Shown in pieces: positions 22,541 to 36,966 of a DNA stretch of 64,000 bases. The notes below the pieces were generated by a model. The model saw only the letters and a list, made by a program, of their open reading frames with translations, did no database searches and had not been told where the DNA came from. The DNA comes from Phyllosticta citribraziliensis (lineage: Eukaryota), in NCBI RefSeq assembly GCF_038025025.1, contig NW_027117338.1, positions 1,674,001 to 1,738,000 of the forward strand, read 5' to 3'. Each line of letters begins with the position of its first letter. Within the stretch, counting starts at the first letter, position 1. The position numbers and the translations under genes were made by a program.

Positions 22541-22863
22541 GTTCGCATCATTTCCCCTTGGCACAACGAAATCATTCAGCTCGACCAATGCACGAGAAGT
22601 TCGAAGCAATATTACTCGACGCGCAGCGTCCTCATTTGGCCGATATTGAAACCCAAAGCACTGAATTGAATCCAAAATCGACTACTCGAATCCCGTGTAC
22701 CTCCATCTTCACAGCAAATTGTGCGCCGCGATCTGTTTACTTTTTCGTCCTTTCCACTGGAGTCCAGCCGACTTTCTTCTCGTCAAACACTGCAACAGCA
22801 CAAGGTTTAATCCAAAAGGGGGTTTCCGCCAATTCATCGAGGGGCAAGACGCATTTCAGTCTA

Positions 22864-24604
22864 TTAACCCGAGTGTTTCTTCCTCAGAAGGTCATCGTAC
22901 CTCAGGACCGCCCCAAGAAGCGTCTGAGCCCCGACACTGCAGTTTTCTGGCGAGGCATACTCCAGGGGGTTGTGACTGATGCCGTCTCGGCAGGGGGTAA
23001 ACACCATGGCCGTGGGCACATGCATGTTTGTGTACAGGGAGTCGTGAGCTGCAAGTGATCAGCCGGCTATCCAACATCTTGCAAAACTATTTGTCTTACC
23101 TGTGTGGCTAATCAACTTCTTGTAGTTGTACCCAAGGTCCTTGGCAGAAGCCTCGAGACAAGCCACGGCCTCCTTATCAAACGTGTTCGGATCGTAGCTC
23201 CAAATGTTGTCATACTCGGCGATCTCGAGGCCGTCGTCGGCAGCGACTTTCTTGACGAACGACGCAACCTGCTGCTTCATGCCGTCGAGCGTGGCCTTGT
23301 CCGGATGCTGCATGCTGAAGGAAAAGTCGACGGCCGACGGAATGTTGCAGAAGTTTTGCGGCTGCGACTTGAAGAGCGACACTGTGGCCATTCCACCAGT
23401 CTCGCGGCCAAGGCGCTGGATTTCGAGGACAATTTTTGCGGCTCCGGCCAGCGCGTCACGACGTAACTGATTTGTGTTAGCCTCTCAGCGCCGTTTGGGC
23501 GATAAACAGTTCAAAAAGCATGTCCTGTCGCGAGAGCGTTGCGGGTCCACTCACCTCCATGGGAGTCGTGTCGGCCTTGAAAAGTCAGCATTTGCAGCAA
23601 ACGAACATCTCTCGACAACTTACGTGTCTCGTAAAGCCCCTCAATCCAGCATTGAACCAATGCATTCCTTGGACGCTATCGACAATGCCCACATCCTTGC
23701 CTTCATTTTCCAGACGAGGGCCCTGTTCAATGTGCTGGGGCAAAATTAGCAACGACCAGACCTTCAGGCCGACGAACTTACAATCTCAAAGTGGGCGCTC
23801 AATGGGCTGACTTTGTAGGAGCACTCCTTTTTGCCGGCGTAACCGATCCTCTTCAACTCGTCGCCGATGGTCGTCTTCTTATCCGCGGTGTCGGTGCACT
23901 TGTGAGCAGCGTTGATGTCGAACTCGCCAGCCCAAACAGCAGACGCCATGCAAGCTGGAACGCGTCAGTCACGTCGTGGTTGATTCGTAAACAAGAGGCC
24001 TACCGGGGGGAAATCTGGCACCCTCCTCGTTGGTCCAGTTGATCACGCAGATTGGTGCGTACGTCTTCTTCCCACTCTCTTTGAGCACTTTGGCCACCTC
24101 CAGCCCAGTCAAGACCTATGAAGTTCAGCAAAGTGTCTTTATCCGGCGAATTCAACTTCTTACTCCCAGAGGACCATCAAACTTTCCGCCGGACTGCACA
24201 CTGTCAAGGTGCGAGCCAATGCCAATTGGAGGGAGTTTGTTGTTCTCTCCTGGCAGGATAGCCCACTGACAGCCCATGGCGTCGACCTCGTACTTGCAGC
24301 CCAGCTTCTTGACTTCGCTAGCGAACCAGTCGCGCACTTTCTTGTCGTTATCGTCGCAGGACAGTCGACGCAGGCCACCGTCCGCAGTTGCTCCGGACAT
24401 CTCACACGTCGAGTGGATATGGTCCCTGGAAAGCGATCAATGGCGGAGCCACAGGGATCATGGTTCTTTCACTCACCAAAGACGGTCCTGCGAGACTTTC
24501 AGGGCGCTAAAGGACGACGCCCGCCGCTGAAGAACCGACACATTTGGTGCCAAAGACTTGCGCGCAGCAAAAGAGAGGCTCGATCTGAAGATTACGGCAG
24601 CCAT
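22864..24604 (-). CDS. M20-family Zn amidohydrolase (N-carbamoyl-amino acid hydrolase / beta-ureidopropionase-like), multi-exon
   Basis: GLRRLSCDDND, VDAMG, IGSHLDSVQSGGKFDGPLG, NWTNEEG, AHFE, HDS..MVFTPCRDGISHNPLEY. Arg/Ser-rich N-terminus resembles a mitochondrial presequence. TAA at 22864. Confidence 0.9.
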
Positions 24605-25267
24605 TTTGTTTCAATTGGTCTGGAAAACGATTCACATTCAATTCCTCGAAAAAAGAGCTCAAGAGACTCTACTCCTGCTAACGTGCGCTTCTCTGCCGTG
24701 TATATAGGCCCAGCAAGTCACTCTTCCCCGCACCCAAAGAAAGGACACAGCTCCCAGACAAGAATTGGATTCGCATCCAATGCGAGATAACACCCGCTCC
24801 AGGACGTTGCTCAAGATATGTGCCGCGAAGCTTTAAATGCCTACGGCGTGCACGGGTAGATACGCTACAGACGCGTCCGACAGCGCAGATATGGTGTCGC
24901 GCATCCCACTTTTCGACGCGGGCAAAACAAGGTTAGCGGGCCTCCGCCATTGCCGCTCTGGTGGCACCCCACAGACTTCAACTAGCTGGAGCTAGCATGG
25001 TATCTGAATCGACAACACCCGGCCACAGGGCGATTTGGTAATCGAGAGCTTGAGTCGTGCATGGATGCTATCACTGCTAAACTCGGATTTCCTTATCGGC
25101 CATTCCGGGTCGGAGCCGTAAAGTCGGTGCAGTCTATTTATCATGAAGCTTTCGCATGGGGTGGGGGAGGGATGTCTGCAAAAATCAACACTCCCGGTAG
25201 ACGCCTTTTCGGTTGAACGAGCAAGCGTGCGCGGAATCGCATCCCCTCTTCCTCCCTCTTCTTCACC
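24605..25267. promoter_or_regulatory. Divergent promoter of amidohydrolase and MFS transporter with GATA elements
   Basis: Head-to-head ATGs. AGATAA 24785, CTTATC 25092, TTTATC 25137 and TATATA 24701. Confidence 0.4.
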
Positions 25268-27166
25268 ATGGCGCTGCCACGTGAAGACATCGTCCCTGGG
25301 ACGGTGCATCTCGTCGACACGCAACATGAAATGCGATCCAGGCATTTGGAGGGCAACAAGGACATTGTCCTTGTCCCTCAACCAAGCAACGACCCGGAGG
25401 ACCCTCTCAACTGGTCTTCAAGCCGCAAGGCACTGGCAATAGGCATGGCGTATTGCTACACGCTGGGAGTCGGTATATCGACTGCGGTGCAGTATAGCGG
25501 TGCGTGGAAATCAATTCGCTGTCGACCAAGCACCCGCTGACGCCGTAATAGTTCTCACTGATATTGCCAATCACACGGGTCTCACCGTCGCGCAGCTCAA
25601 CCTGGGGACCGGACTGATGTTTCTGTTCTTGGGCTGGGCCAACCTCCTCTGGCAGCCTGTGGCGCTTGTCTATGGCCGTCGCGGCGTCTACGTGATTTCC
25701 GCCTTCCTGTGCACGTTTCCTGTCCTGTGGTCCGCGTACTCGACGGGCAACAAGTATGAGTGGTATGCGCACAGAATTATCCTGGGCATCTTTGCTGCTC
25801 CCATTGAGTCGCTGCCCGAAGTCACCGTCCCGGATCTGTTCTTTGCGCATAACCGCGGCCTTTACATTGGCATCTACGCCTTTCTCCTGTTTGGATCCAA
25901 CTTTTTGGCGCCGTAAGTTTTGTCCCGCGTAAAAAAGTTTTCACTGACAGCGGGAGATTTTTTGCCGGATGGATCAACGTCGCCGCTGGCTGGCAGTGGG
26001 TCATGTGGTTCGGCGCGCTCGTGCAAGCCGTGTCATTCTTCATTCTCTACTTCTTCATGGAGGAAACCATGTACTTCCGCAAATCGGTCGAAGGCGCCGA
26101 GGAGGCTGCTGCAGAAAAGATCGAGCCGGCAAAAGAAGAGCCCAGCGTGAATGCCGCAGACATCAAATTGCCGCGCACAGAAACCGACTCGGACCCGGAA
26201 AAGACGCAGGCAGAGGCCAGGACGTACGAGGCTGTGGCCGGCGCCGTGTCCAAAAAGCGCACTTACAAAGACAAGCTGGCGCTGTTTGTCAAGATGGAAG
26301 GCCGCCCCTCGGACCAGGCCATGTTCACTATGATGTGGCGCCCGTTGCTCATCATGTACTACTTTCCCTCTGTGTCTTGGGCCGGATTGTAAGCTTTCAT
26401 ATCCTGGTGCGCAACAAACATCCCGGTTCGTCCCTCTGACAGCGCACGTGCAGCTTGTACGGGACCTGCCTCTCATGGTACAACGTACTCAACGCAACAG
26501 CGTCGGCCGTCCTCAGCGCCGACCCGTACAACTTCTCCTCCGGACTTGTCGGCACCGCTTACCTTTCTCCCGTCATCGCCGCAGGCCTGGGTGCCCTCTG
26601 GAGCGGCTGGTCGGCCGACAAATGGGCACTGTGGCTCGCGCGCCGCAACGGCGGCATTCGCGAGGCCGAGCACCGTCTTTGGCCGCTGGCCTTCTCCGGC
26701 ATCATGTGCTCGGCCGGATTGATTCTCTGGGGCGTCGGCGCGGCACGCGAAGTCCACTGGTTCGGGCCCATCGTTGGCCTCGGGCTGTTGGCTTTCAGTG
26801 TCGTGTGCGGCGGCTCCATTGCGCTGAGTTACGATGTCGATTGCTTCAAGGTGAGCCTGTTGTTCCCTTCCTCCTCCCTTGCGCAGCTGCCTTCGAATTG
26901 TGCTGACTGTTTGACAACAGGAAATCGCTGGTGAATCCATGATCTCAGTCATCATCATCCGCAACACACTGGGCTTCGCCGTGTCGTGGGGCATCAACCC
27001 GTGGATCGACACCCTGGGCCTGCAAGACTGCTTCATCTCCGTGTCCATGGTGGCCCTGGTCTGCACGGCCACTTTTCTGCCCATAATCAAGTACGGCAAG
27101 CCGCTGAGGCGCTGGTCAACCAAGAAGTACTGGGAGTATGTCGCGACGAGTATTGCGCCACATTGA
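25268..27166 (+). CDS. MFS transporter (Hol1-like), multi-exon
   Basis: VPGTVHLVD..LVPQPSNDPEDPLNWS, YGRRGVY, DLFFAHNRG, FFMEET, RNGGIREAEHRLW. Multiple TM segments. Confidence 0.92.
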
Positions 27167-27543
27167 GTGGCGGATGTGCTGGAGGAAGCGTATTGTGAGG
27201 TTTATGTTTACTGCGCACGGAGGCGGTGCGGCGTTTCGCTGATTGATAGACAGCTCATGGAAATGTCGGCTTGAATCAATAACTATACTTTGACCAGTTC
27301 AGCACCGAGACTCGTGAAATCACTGAGTCGCGCGTCAAGAAAGTATACCAAATGCTTCGGACGAAGTTTGTAGCCAAAGTGGTGAAAGTTTTCGACTGGT
27401 TGCGAGGCCGAATACGGCAGCAAACTCAACTGATTTGCGAGGTCTGAGTAATCGTTGCAAATCAGGAAGACTCTAAGGCTGGCGAAGTATTCTCATTCCC
27501 TGCGCTCATCCTACTTGGGCCAACGCTCGGGTCCAAAATCCCC

Positions 27544-29395
27544 TTAATGACTATGCCCCGTCGCAATTGCCCAAAAGAAAACCGCCCAAGACGCAGCCAT
27601 CAGTACAAGCAGTGAGGCAAAGCAAGCCAAGCTGACCCTTCTGTTGAGCCGGCTGTTCGTACCCTCCTCAAACTGCAATTTCTCCGCATTGATCGTCTCT
27701 CCCTTGCGCAGCCGCTGCTTGCGCGTCCACTGAAGCAACATCAAGTCCACGCTGAAGCAGCTGCTAATCAAGAGGGCCCATCCAGCCACCAAAGCTCCCG
27801 CCACCATGACGACGTAGACGATAACGACGTGGTTGTAGCTGTTGCCATCGGCGTCCTGGATCAAGCCCGTCACGATCCGAATGATTATGTCGACGGCATT
27901 CGCGATGGCGATTTTGATCGCATATGCTGATCCGAAGACTTCCTGGTACCACATGGTCGTCCGCGTGCTGTCAATTATAATGGGCATTCCCAGCGCGCTG
28001 GCAAAGGCGTAGACACCGAAGGCAGCGGCAGTGCCACTGACGCCAGGTCCCCATGCGCAGAGAGCCATGGCGACCAGCAATCCGGATCCGCAGACCGTCA
28101 TGGCAGTTAAGCGATTCCCAAGCACGTCAAGGAGCATTCCAAGTAGTGGCGTCAGAAAGAATCCGAGAAATTGGCTCATCGATGAGTACCAGCCGGCCGT
28201 AATGGCTGAGACGTGGAAGCGTTGCTCTGCGAGCTCTGTTGCGTTTTGATTGAATACCATGGCAGTACTCGTGTAGAAGAGTGAGAAGAGCATGATGGCC
28301 CAAAACGTCCAGGGCAGTTGTAGCATCTTTTGAGCGTCGAATCTCTTGTTGCTGTCTTTGAGCCGCTCTCCTGTGGCCGGATCTTTATTGTTGAAGAAGA
28401 AGTAGGAGTAGCGCTTCTTGAAAAACAGAAACGCAACAGACGTGCATACTGTAAACAGGTTGATCAATAGTGCGACCCAGTAGACCCATTTGAAGTCACC
28501 CGTATTCTTTGCGATAATGTTTGCGCTTGATTTGCCCACAAAAGAGCCCACTTTGCCGATGCCGATTTCTACGCCCAAGGTAGTGGCAAAACCACCAGAG
28601 GGAGGGAACCAAGAGCTGAATATTTTGTATTGCGCGCATTGCGTCGCCATGTCTCCGAGGGCCTGGATGATGGTGCCACCAACCATGGTGTTGAACGACC
28701 TCGTAGAAGCGCCGGCAGCAATTATTGCGGTGCCCACAAAGTACATAATGTTGTACAACAGTAGGGCATCTGGTTTTTGTCAGCGGGTCGCTCTTTTCAA
28801 CTTGATGTCGGTCGAAAAGGAAGATCAATATATGCTGAATGGTGTCCGACGCCTGTTCCTCTTTCGGAACTTCAGGGCAGCTCCTAAAGCCGGATTGGCT
28901 CAGCGCTTTGGGGCTGGTGTTCAAAGAGTATTTAAACCGACTTACCAACACCACCGAGACGGTCAGTGAGTATTCCAGTGCCCAAGATCAAAGTCACTCT
29001 GACGAAATTTTCGCTAGATGTGAGGATCGCGAATTGAGAGTTGTCGATTCTGAGCTCCTGTTCGCACCAGGTCAGCGGTGTCACCTTCTCCAGAGTGCTT
29101 TCCATACCTTCTTGATTGTGCTCTTCATAGCTGAACTCAGCTCCGAAGACCAGTGCGAAGTGAAACCGATCAAAGTGACAATAAAGACGGCAGCAACCTT
29201 GACGCGCTTCGGTACTCTCTGGATACTCCCGGCTCCACTCGAAATGGACGCTTCGTCGCCATCGATCTTTTCAATGTTGACTCCATTGAGGACTTTGGAA
29301 CCCGAAAGTGATTCCTCTGGTAAGTCAGTAGAAGGGGTCTTTTCCTGGTGCTTGTCCCCCTCCATGTGGAGGTCCTGAGCGGGGCGAGCGGTCAT
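27544..29395 (-). CDS. MFS transporter (MFSD1-like), 2 introns
   Basis: IGFTSHWSSELSSAMKSTIKK|ELRIDNSQFAIL, TDRLGG, QYKIFSSWF, NATELAEQRF. About 12 TM segments. Start could be 29395 or 29365. Confidence 0.88.
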
Positions 29396-31802
29396 CCGTG
29401 CAGCGTAGACGCCGAGGATGTACACAATAATTGATGGGGGTTATCTGATGCGCGGCGAAATCTTATCCATTATGTCCTTTATCTGTCAAGATGCAAAAAG
29501 ATTGCCGTTCGATCCTTGAGCAATGTCCGAGCCGTTCGAGCCGAAGGGCGCTCTTTTGATGTTACTGGCGCAGTTTGCGTAAGTGACTTCCAAAGACGGC
29601 CGGGAACAGTGGTAACAGTTGACAGCAAGACTAGAAGTCGATTACGAAGGTGGGAGTCGACGGCGAAATTGTAGTAATTGACGGCGTAATTGGAAATCGA
29701 CGACGAAAAAGGAAGCCGACAGCGACTATGGTATTGGACGCACGCAGTGAATTGCCCAATCGTTCCAACGACAACGACAACTTGAGACGATCCACGAGCT
29801 ATCCGAACGTGTCGCGCGAAGACCATGCTCGTCCTCTTGGAACAACTCGACCAAGTCAAGTATATGCCGAATGAAAAGCAAGCGAGGGACCGGTACCGGA
29901 GACGAAGACCTGGCTCTGCTCGGCCTCACTTTCAAGGTAGCTCGCGAAGCGGATGCCTCTCAAAGGCCATTCATGGTGCATTTACGAGACTTCCATGCCG
30001 GGTCGTTCTCGATTGTCAGCTTGCTGGGCTCCTGCGGACACTTCTTTCGTCGATGGTTCTCCGTGGACTTCAATGTAGAGCGGTCCTTCCAAGTTTCGGA
30101 ATGTAGCCTTGCTCACTTCTGCGTTATGAAGGCGCGCTTTTCCCCCAGAATCAGGCTAATGGTATATTGCAATCGATTGTGGCGCAAATCCTCGATGCTC
30201 ATGGCCGGACTCGTCCTGCAGTGCTTCGATAAAGCTGATTGAATCTCTTTGTCGTACGTCCGGATCGGAGACAGCCTCTTGTTTGAACATGCGAGGAAAG
30301 GTGGCACTAAGCTGGAAGTTTTCAAAGGTTGCAAAGCTCAAGTCCAGTCAATCACGCCTTCGCCAAGTGACTTACCCTGCGATTTTGAGATGGTCGTCCA
30401 TGGTGATTTTTTGAGCAGCCGGTTCACCGTGTCCCAGAAAGTAAGGCGCATCGTCAAATTCATCGTGAAGGTCAGATGTTCGCAGACCACGAAAACCCGC
30501 TGTCCTCAAGTCGTCGCAGCGTTTTGTTTTCTCTGGCGCTGGCCTCATCTGCTACTTCTGGAGGAAGGCCGATAGGAATCCGCAGCGCTCAGTCCAGGTC
30601 TAGGAGAATCAATTCGGAAGACGACACACTGTTTGTCCTCCAAACGGCGTCGCCAACGTGTTGTCGCAGAGCTTTGTGGTTCTACTGTCCTCTTGAAACT
30701 TCGAAACAGCCAGACAGAGCTCTTTGTCGCCATGAGGGGGGACATGGAGGTGTTGGTAGCAGGCCAGCATGTTGAGCAGCCGCGGTCGGCTTAAACGTCA
30801 GGTTGTACGGACGTTCCTGTCACGTGTGCAATGCAGCCAGCTCTTGCCGCTTGTCGGACAGGCACGGCGAGCAGCGCTGTACCTCATTTCGCTGTCTGGC
30901 GGTCAAAGTGGCACTCGCGCGCAGCGAGTGAAGCCAGTTTGCGCTGCTTCCGCGGGGCTCGGGGAGCAGCGCTGCATTTTGCAACAAGGCGGGAAGGTTC
31001 CTGGAAGACGTGAGCCCATGTCTGAGATCACAGCGAGTTCAGAGACTTGTCAAACTGTTGTAAGGGAATTGTTGCAGCTCGCGTCCGTACTGAGGCAGCC
31101 TCGTCGATGCATGCGTCTAGAGTGGAGACGCTGCACAATGGAGCAAAAGGCTACCAGCTCAGCAGCTGAGATACCCATGCGCTTGGACCAGAATGCGGAT
31201 ATGGAACGGACGGCAACGGCACCTAAAACACATCTGCCTTCCTAAGTAGAAGGGTGTAAAGACAAAAAGGGGAAAAAGAGTTTAAAAAAAAAGAATTTGG
31301 GTCATGCCATGATGAAGTGGTACTCTCCGACGGGGACTGCGCGTTTCGTTAGTGATTGGTTGCACAAGCGAGTTCAGCGCTTCAACTCACATCGAACCCC
31401 GGTCTCCCGCGCTTGCAACACACTGTATTGACAAGCGGAAATCATCACCACTAGACCATCGAAGATGATGGCAGATGAGAGACTAGCTGGCATATTAATT
31501 TTATGAAAAAGCACAATGGCCTGAACTTCCACCACGTGGCGGAAATTTCCGCGCTCACCAAATTTTGAAGGAAGCAACGGTGCTGAACTGGGCTACTCAA
31601 GTTATGAGGAGCGCAGTTCCAGACGTGTCAGGAAGCTGATGGAGCAATCAGTTGGTAGGAGTCAACGATTGGATATGCTCCTTCGCACAAATCAGCGGGC
31701 GCCTATTGGCGCCATACCCCTCCTCCTCCACCTTCACACGAAATCAACACCTCAGCTCTTCATGAGAGCTTTCCAAACACCAATCGGCATTCTACTACGG
31801 CC

Positions 31803-32974
31803 ATGGGCCACTCCTCAGGGCTTTCTAATGATCGAATTTCCCTCAGCGATCTCTCACCAGATCATGGCCATGCTCTCAAAACCACCATTGCACGAGTTCT
31901 AGAGACTGAAATTGCACGAACAACTTTTGCGCAAATCCTCGACGGACTTCCGCTTGATAATGGACGTCAGCCTCGTCCTTGGCTTCATCCACCAGTTGAC
32001 GGAAACACGACGTCTGCCGTGAAGCATACGACGCACTCGCGGCTTTTCGAGCCAAATTTTCTTTGGAATTGCTTCATTTTGACACCAAGGTTTGTGCTTC
32101 TCAGACTAAAAAGTCCCTTTTGGGACGGCACCTACCCCCCGCGTGATATTCGCGAAAATATCTGACTTGCATCTAGAAGGCACAAGCGTATCAGAACAGC
32201 TCCTTAGGCAGCGAAGAGTTCAGGAAACATCCGCTGGGTATGACTGCTGTTGCTCTGCACAACATCGGGGCAGATCTATTCAATCAAGCAGATGGGGGCT
32301 TGCACCAAGTCAGGTTTGAACCAAAATCGCTATTAGGGGAGCCAACCAAGGAGCAAGTAGAGAAGCCAACAGAGGAGCCAACAGAGGAGCCAACAGAGCA
32401 GAGTTCAGAGATCAAGCGTCCGACTCGGCCCCTATTTTACCACGCCGATTATCTATATTGGAGCCAGTCTCCCCGAGGAATAGCAGACTGCGTCGGATAC
32501 TGGACAGAAAACAGAATTCTCGGTGGCGTTGTGATCTTCGACCGCAGCGAATCTGGCCTCGAGGTACGATCTCCCCGGCAGACATTCAAATCATTGACAA
32601 GCTGACTTGCGATGCAGTACAAAGACTTGTTCATTCACCCTATTCCACCGGCCTGGCTTTTTGCGATCCTCCCCCGTCAGCTGCAGGCTTTCGTCGACTT
32701 TGGCACAAACGCGCAGCAAGAAGGAAAATCCACAGTGCTTCCGTTGAAGCCGCAACGGGGTGCAAAAAGACTGATGGAATGGGAAACACACCACCTTCAA
32801 ATATTCCGCGATGAATGGGAACGCCTGCCGCCTCCACCAGACTGGAGGGGCCCAACGTATAGGCGGACGCTGGATGACGATGTTGACTTTCTGTATGCTT
32901 TGCATGAGGCGAAACAGTCTGGAATGCTGCCGAATGATACTGTGCTCCCGCCTCTTCCTCCGCCACAGGGATGA
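31803..32974 (+). pseudogene. Fungal hypothetical-protein family member with apparent frameshift near 32000
   Basis: RVLETEIARTTFAQILDGLP and PRGIADCVGYWTENRILGGVVIFDR look like conserved motifs. The intron 32090-32176 only joins in frame from the shifted frame KHDVCREAYDALAAF...DTK. 12-bp repeat encoding EEPT. Confidence 0.6.
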
Positions 32975-33140
32975 GAGCTGATACTGATGTCGCCGTTGTA
33001 GCCGAACGAAGGCCTTTTGAGTTTTCGTCGGACTACGGGCGGGAACGCACATCAGGAAGTACATATGCTGCATATTCTATTCGTGCAGGAATTGAACCAT
33101 TGTCTCATAATCGATAGATTTAAGTGGCCTGTCATTCCGG

Positions 33141-35036
33141 TCAGGATCTTGAAGGTTTCACCCAACAACCATCTTGCGAGGAAATAACGAGCGTAATCAT
33201 CTGCCGCTCGCTCCCGATTTTTCCTTCTTCAGGCACGCTTTTCTCTGGGCCGTGGCAAGCTGACGGACTGGAAATAGTCGTGTCTTTTCCATCTGGGCAC
33301 GATGCGGAAATGTCAGGAAAAGTCTGTATGATGCGCACAATGGCCAACGATGCCTCCAGAAGCGCAAAGTCCTCTGTTATGAGTTAGCATCCGTGGTACT
33401 CCAACATCTTCAGAGAATCAGTAGAAACTTACGGCCCAGACAAACTCTTGGTCCACCGTTGAAAGGCAGGTAGCCCCAGCCGACTCTCTTTTCGAGATCT
33501 CCATCCCAGCGCTCTGGTCGGAACTCATAGGCATCAGGCCCGTAAAGGTCTTTGCGCCGGTGCATCAGGTACGCACAGTATCCCACTGCCATGCCTCGTC
33601 GAATGAGAATCGGCGATTTGCCGTCGGGGCCGCCGCCTACTGGCAGAGTCGTCGTGTTGAGAGCTGTGCGAGAGTTGATTGGGACAGACGGATACAGCCT
33701 CAGGACTAGCACCACAATCACGATCAGTACATTGAAAATGAGAGCATCGAATCCGGGTCCAACCTTCTTTGAGAACCCAACTAAGATACGTCATTTTCTT
33801 GAGATGATACTGAGTTGGTGGCGCAGTTCCAACTTGTTGGTGGATTTCTGCGCGGAGCTTTGCAAGGACATGGGGGTGTTGTGTAAGAAGACGGCTGCCA
33901 ATGGCGTGAGTTCAGAGGATTGCAGAGGTCATAAGTTTGCTTACAAGGTCCATGAAAGGCAGCAAGCCGTCGTGTCCCTTCCAGCCAGAAGCACATTCAA
34001 CAACTGGGAGCGAATGGCAGATACGTCCTGTCTCTCAAGCAATAATGAATCAAGAAACACTTGCTTGGACTCGGTTTCGGGCAGCACCGCACTTTTTTTG
34101 TTCGAGTTTTCGAGTCGCTCTCGCACCATGGAGTCGACGAATCTATGCACCGTCTTACACGCGCGCCAGAATTTGGGGCCACCGATCAACCAGTAGAGAT
34201 CTCCGAGGCGACCTCGTTGGGCAAGAAAATCTTGCGCGACAGTAAAGGCTTCGGCAAAATCCGCCTCCTCGGTAGCGGATTCATGGCTGCTTCCAGTGGC
34301 GTCGAGGGAGCCGATGGACTCGCCAAACAGGAGGTAAGTTGTGGTGTCCAGAGTAAAGCGGAAGAAGAGCGGCTGGAGATCGACTGGCTTTCCATCGGGA
34401 ATCTGGTTTACCAGCTTCTGGACGGCAGTCTGAATTTGCTCGAAATGCTGCGCGCGATTTTTTGAGAATTGCGGACGAAGCAACTCGCGAGAATGCCTCC
34501 ACGCAGAGCCATCTTGGGTGAAGATGCCGTCACCAAGCAGTGGAAAGAAAGTGGGTCTTCTGACGCCGAATCCAAATTCTAAATGTGGTCAGCACAAGAG
34601 TGGCTACAGACGAACGGGTCACCGCTCCAATCGGATCAGACGACGGCTCGACCCCACCTTTGAATTGGGAGTTGAGCACGGCTTCAATATTCTCAGGGTC
34701 GATAGTGTCGATGCCGCTTACTCCAAGCAATCGCTGCTCAAACGTGGTGCCGGTGCGAGAGACAAGCCGGTCAAAGAGAGCCAGAATCCGACCAGACGCA
34801 GCTGCACGAAACGCCTCGACGATCAGGTCCAGGCCCAGCGGCCACACAAAACCAAGTACCTTTGGGGGGGCACAACCGTGTGCTAAGCCAAAGGCCGCTT
34901 CTTCCTAGAAAATCCATCAGCGGGCGGCATGTGTATCAACATCTGGATCAGTGCCCACAGAATCGATGCGGGTCGCTTCTATCCATCGCAAAAGCAGCCA
35001 TCCGCAAACAGCGACCAATAGCGCTAGGAGCCACAT
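33141..35036 (-). CDS. Cytochrome P450 (CYP52-like clan), multi-exon
   Basis: N-terminal anchor [14 protein letters not shown]-helix LLAGRDTTA, ExxR (E|..LRLYP), FRPERW, heme motif [10 protein letters not shown]. Confidence 0.93.
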
Positions 35037-35756
35037 GGCACGAAGATAACAGAAAGAGAGGAGCAGGAGCTGAGGTAATCGTCAAACGTAGGAGAGGATC
35101 TGTGGTTTGCGAATGGTGGCTGAGGATATAGCAATTCTGCGCGCAAAAGAATTGGCCAGCGCGTAGCCTGACCTCACCTGTCTGGGGCGGTTACAGGGTT
35201 TAGAGCCGCGAGATAGGAGGGTGGGGGCGGTTGCACGGCGTGATGCAGTCAGCAGCTCTCTATTCGTGAAAAAAGCCTGTGGCTGCAGTGGAATACCGGA
35301 TTGGTAGCTTTGGCCCCACAACTTCCAGGAACCGTGCGCAATAGGACTTGTTTAGGTGCCATGTGAAAATGCCAGAACGACTGCTTTCAAGCATTCAAAC
35401 GCCAGGATGGAGAAAGTTCAGCGTACCCAACGAATATCTGGGAAAGCTACAAAGACAACAGAGAGTAATATCTTCACGTGAAATGCTTGAGATTCCGGAA
35501 ATTAGCTCACCAGGAGATCTCCAGCGCCACTTGATGCAGCCGTCGACTTGGACCCCATCGCCAGCCTATGATCCTGTCTTGTACAGAGATTCCTGTCCAT
35601 TACTGTTGCTTACTGGTGTCCACGCGTCAACGTGCAGACAGATGCCGACGAATCGGACCCCAAAAATCGAGAGTTCAGGGTCCACTTTCGACCGCAAGCC
35701 CGGACCCTTAAACTACAGGCATCAGCTCTTTAGCTTCGTCGTGGATTTCTTCACAA

Positions 35757-36966
35757 TGACCGGAAAAACGACAATGACTCACCGTAGCCAAGAGATGGAA
35801 CTCCGGGATCTCGAGGTCGGCGAATCCCAATGTAGGTGTCCAACCAGATGAACATTACATGCGTAGACGCTGACTCGTGCAGTCCCGAGCGCATACGGTG
35901 ACGATGCGTCGGATCAACACAACCTCCTCCAACGAACAAATGAGAAGAAGGCGGAATACGCTCGAGTGTACTCCAAGGAATATGCTCGACGGTTTGGCGA
36001 GGCGTCTTTCAGGGCCAGAAACGCGAACCCGCCCCTGTTTATCCCGAACCTCACGGGAATGCGTCAAAGATGCCTGGAACATCTCAGCTCAGAGTTACGA
36101 ACACTAGAGAGCAGGATGGAACCTAAGAGAATACAAGACCCGGAAGATGTTGCCCGAGCGATGGATTTGATGCGTGATTTCGGTACGCAACCTTCCTTCC
36201 AGAATCATGGTCCACGATGGCGAATACTGAAACCGCGGAAGACGTGATCGTTGAATCCGAGGCAAGGCGTCTGAAGCTAGAGGACCCCGAGTACTCAGGC
36301 TTGCGCGGGCTCAACGTTATTCATCTTGAAATGGAGCAGCTCGGCGAAGGCCTGAAGAAAAGTGGCACCTGGGTAATGCTCAGCAAAGACTTTGAAAGGA
36401 GCGGCCGAGATGTGATTGAGCCTTGCGAAACTTTGTCCGAGTACCAAAAGGACAGGATACGGGTGTGCAAGACAAACTTTCTGTTGATTTGAAGAGGCTG
36501 ACGTCCACAGGACCGCTTCGCTGGATTGAATTACAAAGCCTGGACAAACCGATCAAAGTCGACGATAGAGAGACGTCCGTGGACCCTTAAGTATGAGAGC
36601 AATGGTCAAATAAGCCGCTCGTACAAATGGACACGCGGGTGGCTAGTCATTCTCATAGTCGCTGTGGTGTCTCTCATCTGCTTCTACGGGGTGGGAATCA
36701 TCGCTACAAACTCAACCTTCAGCCCGACTTTCCAGAGGTACTTCTTTTGGATAGCGATCTTCTGGTCGCTCATCTCAAGTAGTCTTCTGAGCTGGATCAT
36801 CGCGTTGTTTGGTGGGCATAAGAGAGACGTCGTTGCTGCGCTTTTGTCAGGCGTGAGCATATGGCTTGTCGTGATTCAGGTACGTTGAAAAAGTCGGAGA
36901 GAGATATGAGCTAACGATTCGCTTTGACAGATTGGACAGACGCGCCTTCTGCAACAGAAATCTTGA
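35757..36966 (+). CDS. Hypothetical membrane protein with C-terminal TM helices (DUF6594-like architecture), ~5 exons
   Basis: ORF pieces 35966-36247, 36217-36492 and 36526-36888 are joinable by GT-AG introns. N-terminal LEHLSSELRTLE helix and three C-terminal hydrophobic segments. The family assignment is tentative. Confidence 0.6.

Noticed and set aside
29480..30780. Possible relic gene on the minus strand (protein-like fragments, a GTAAGT donor near 30375)
   Set aside because: Multiple stops in the frames examined and no diagnostic motif; could not be assigned by eye.
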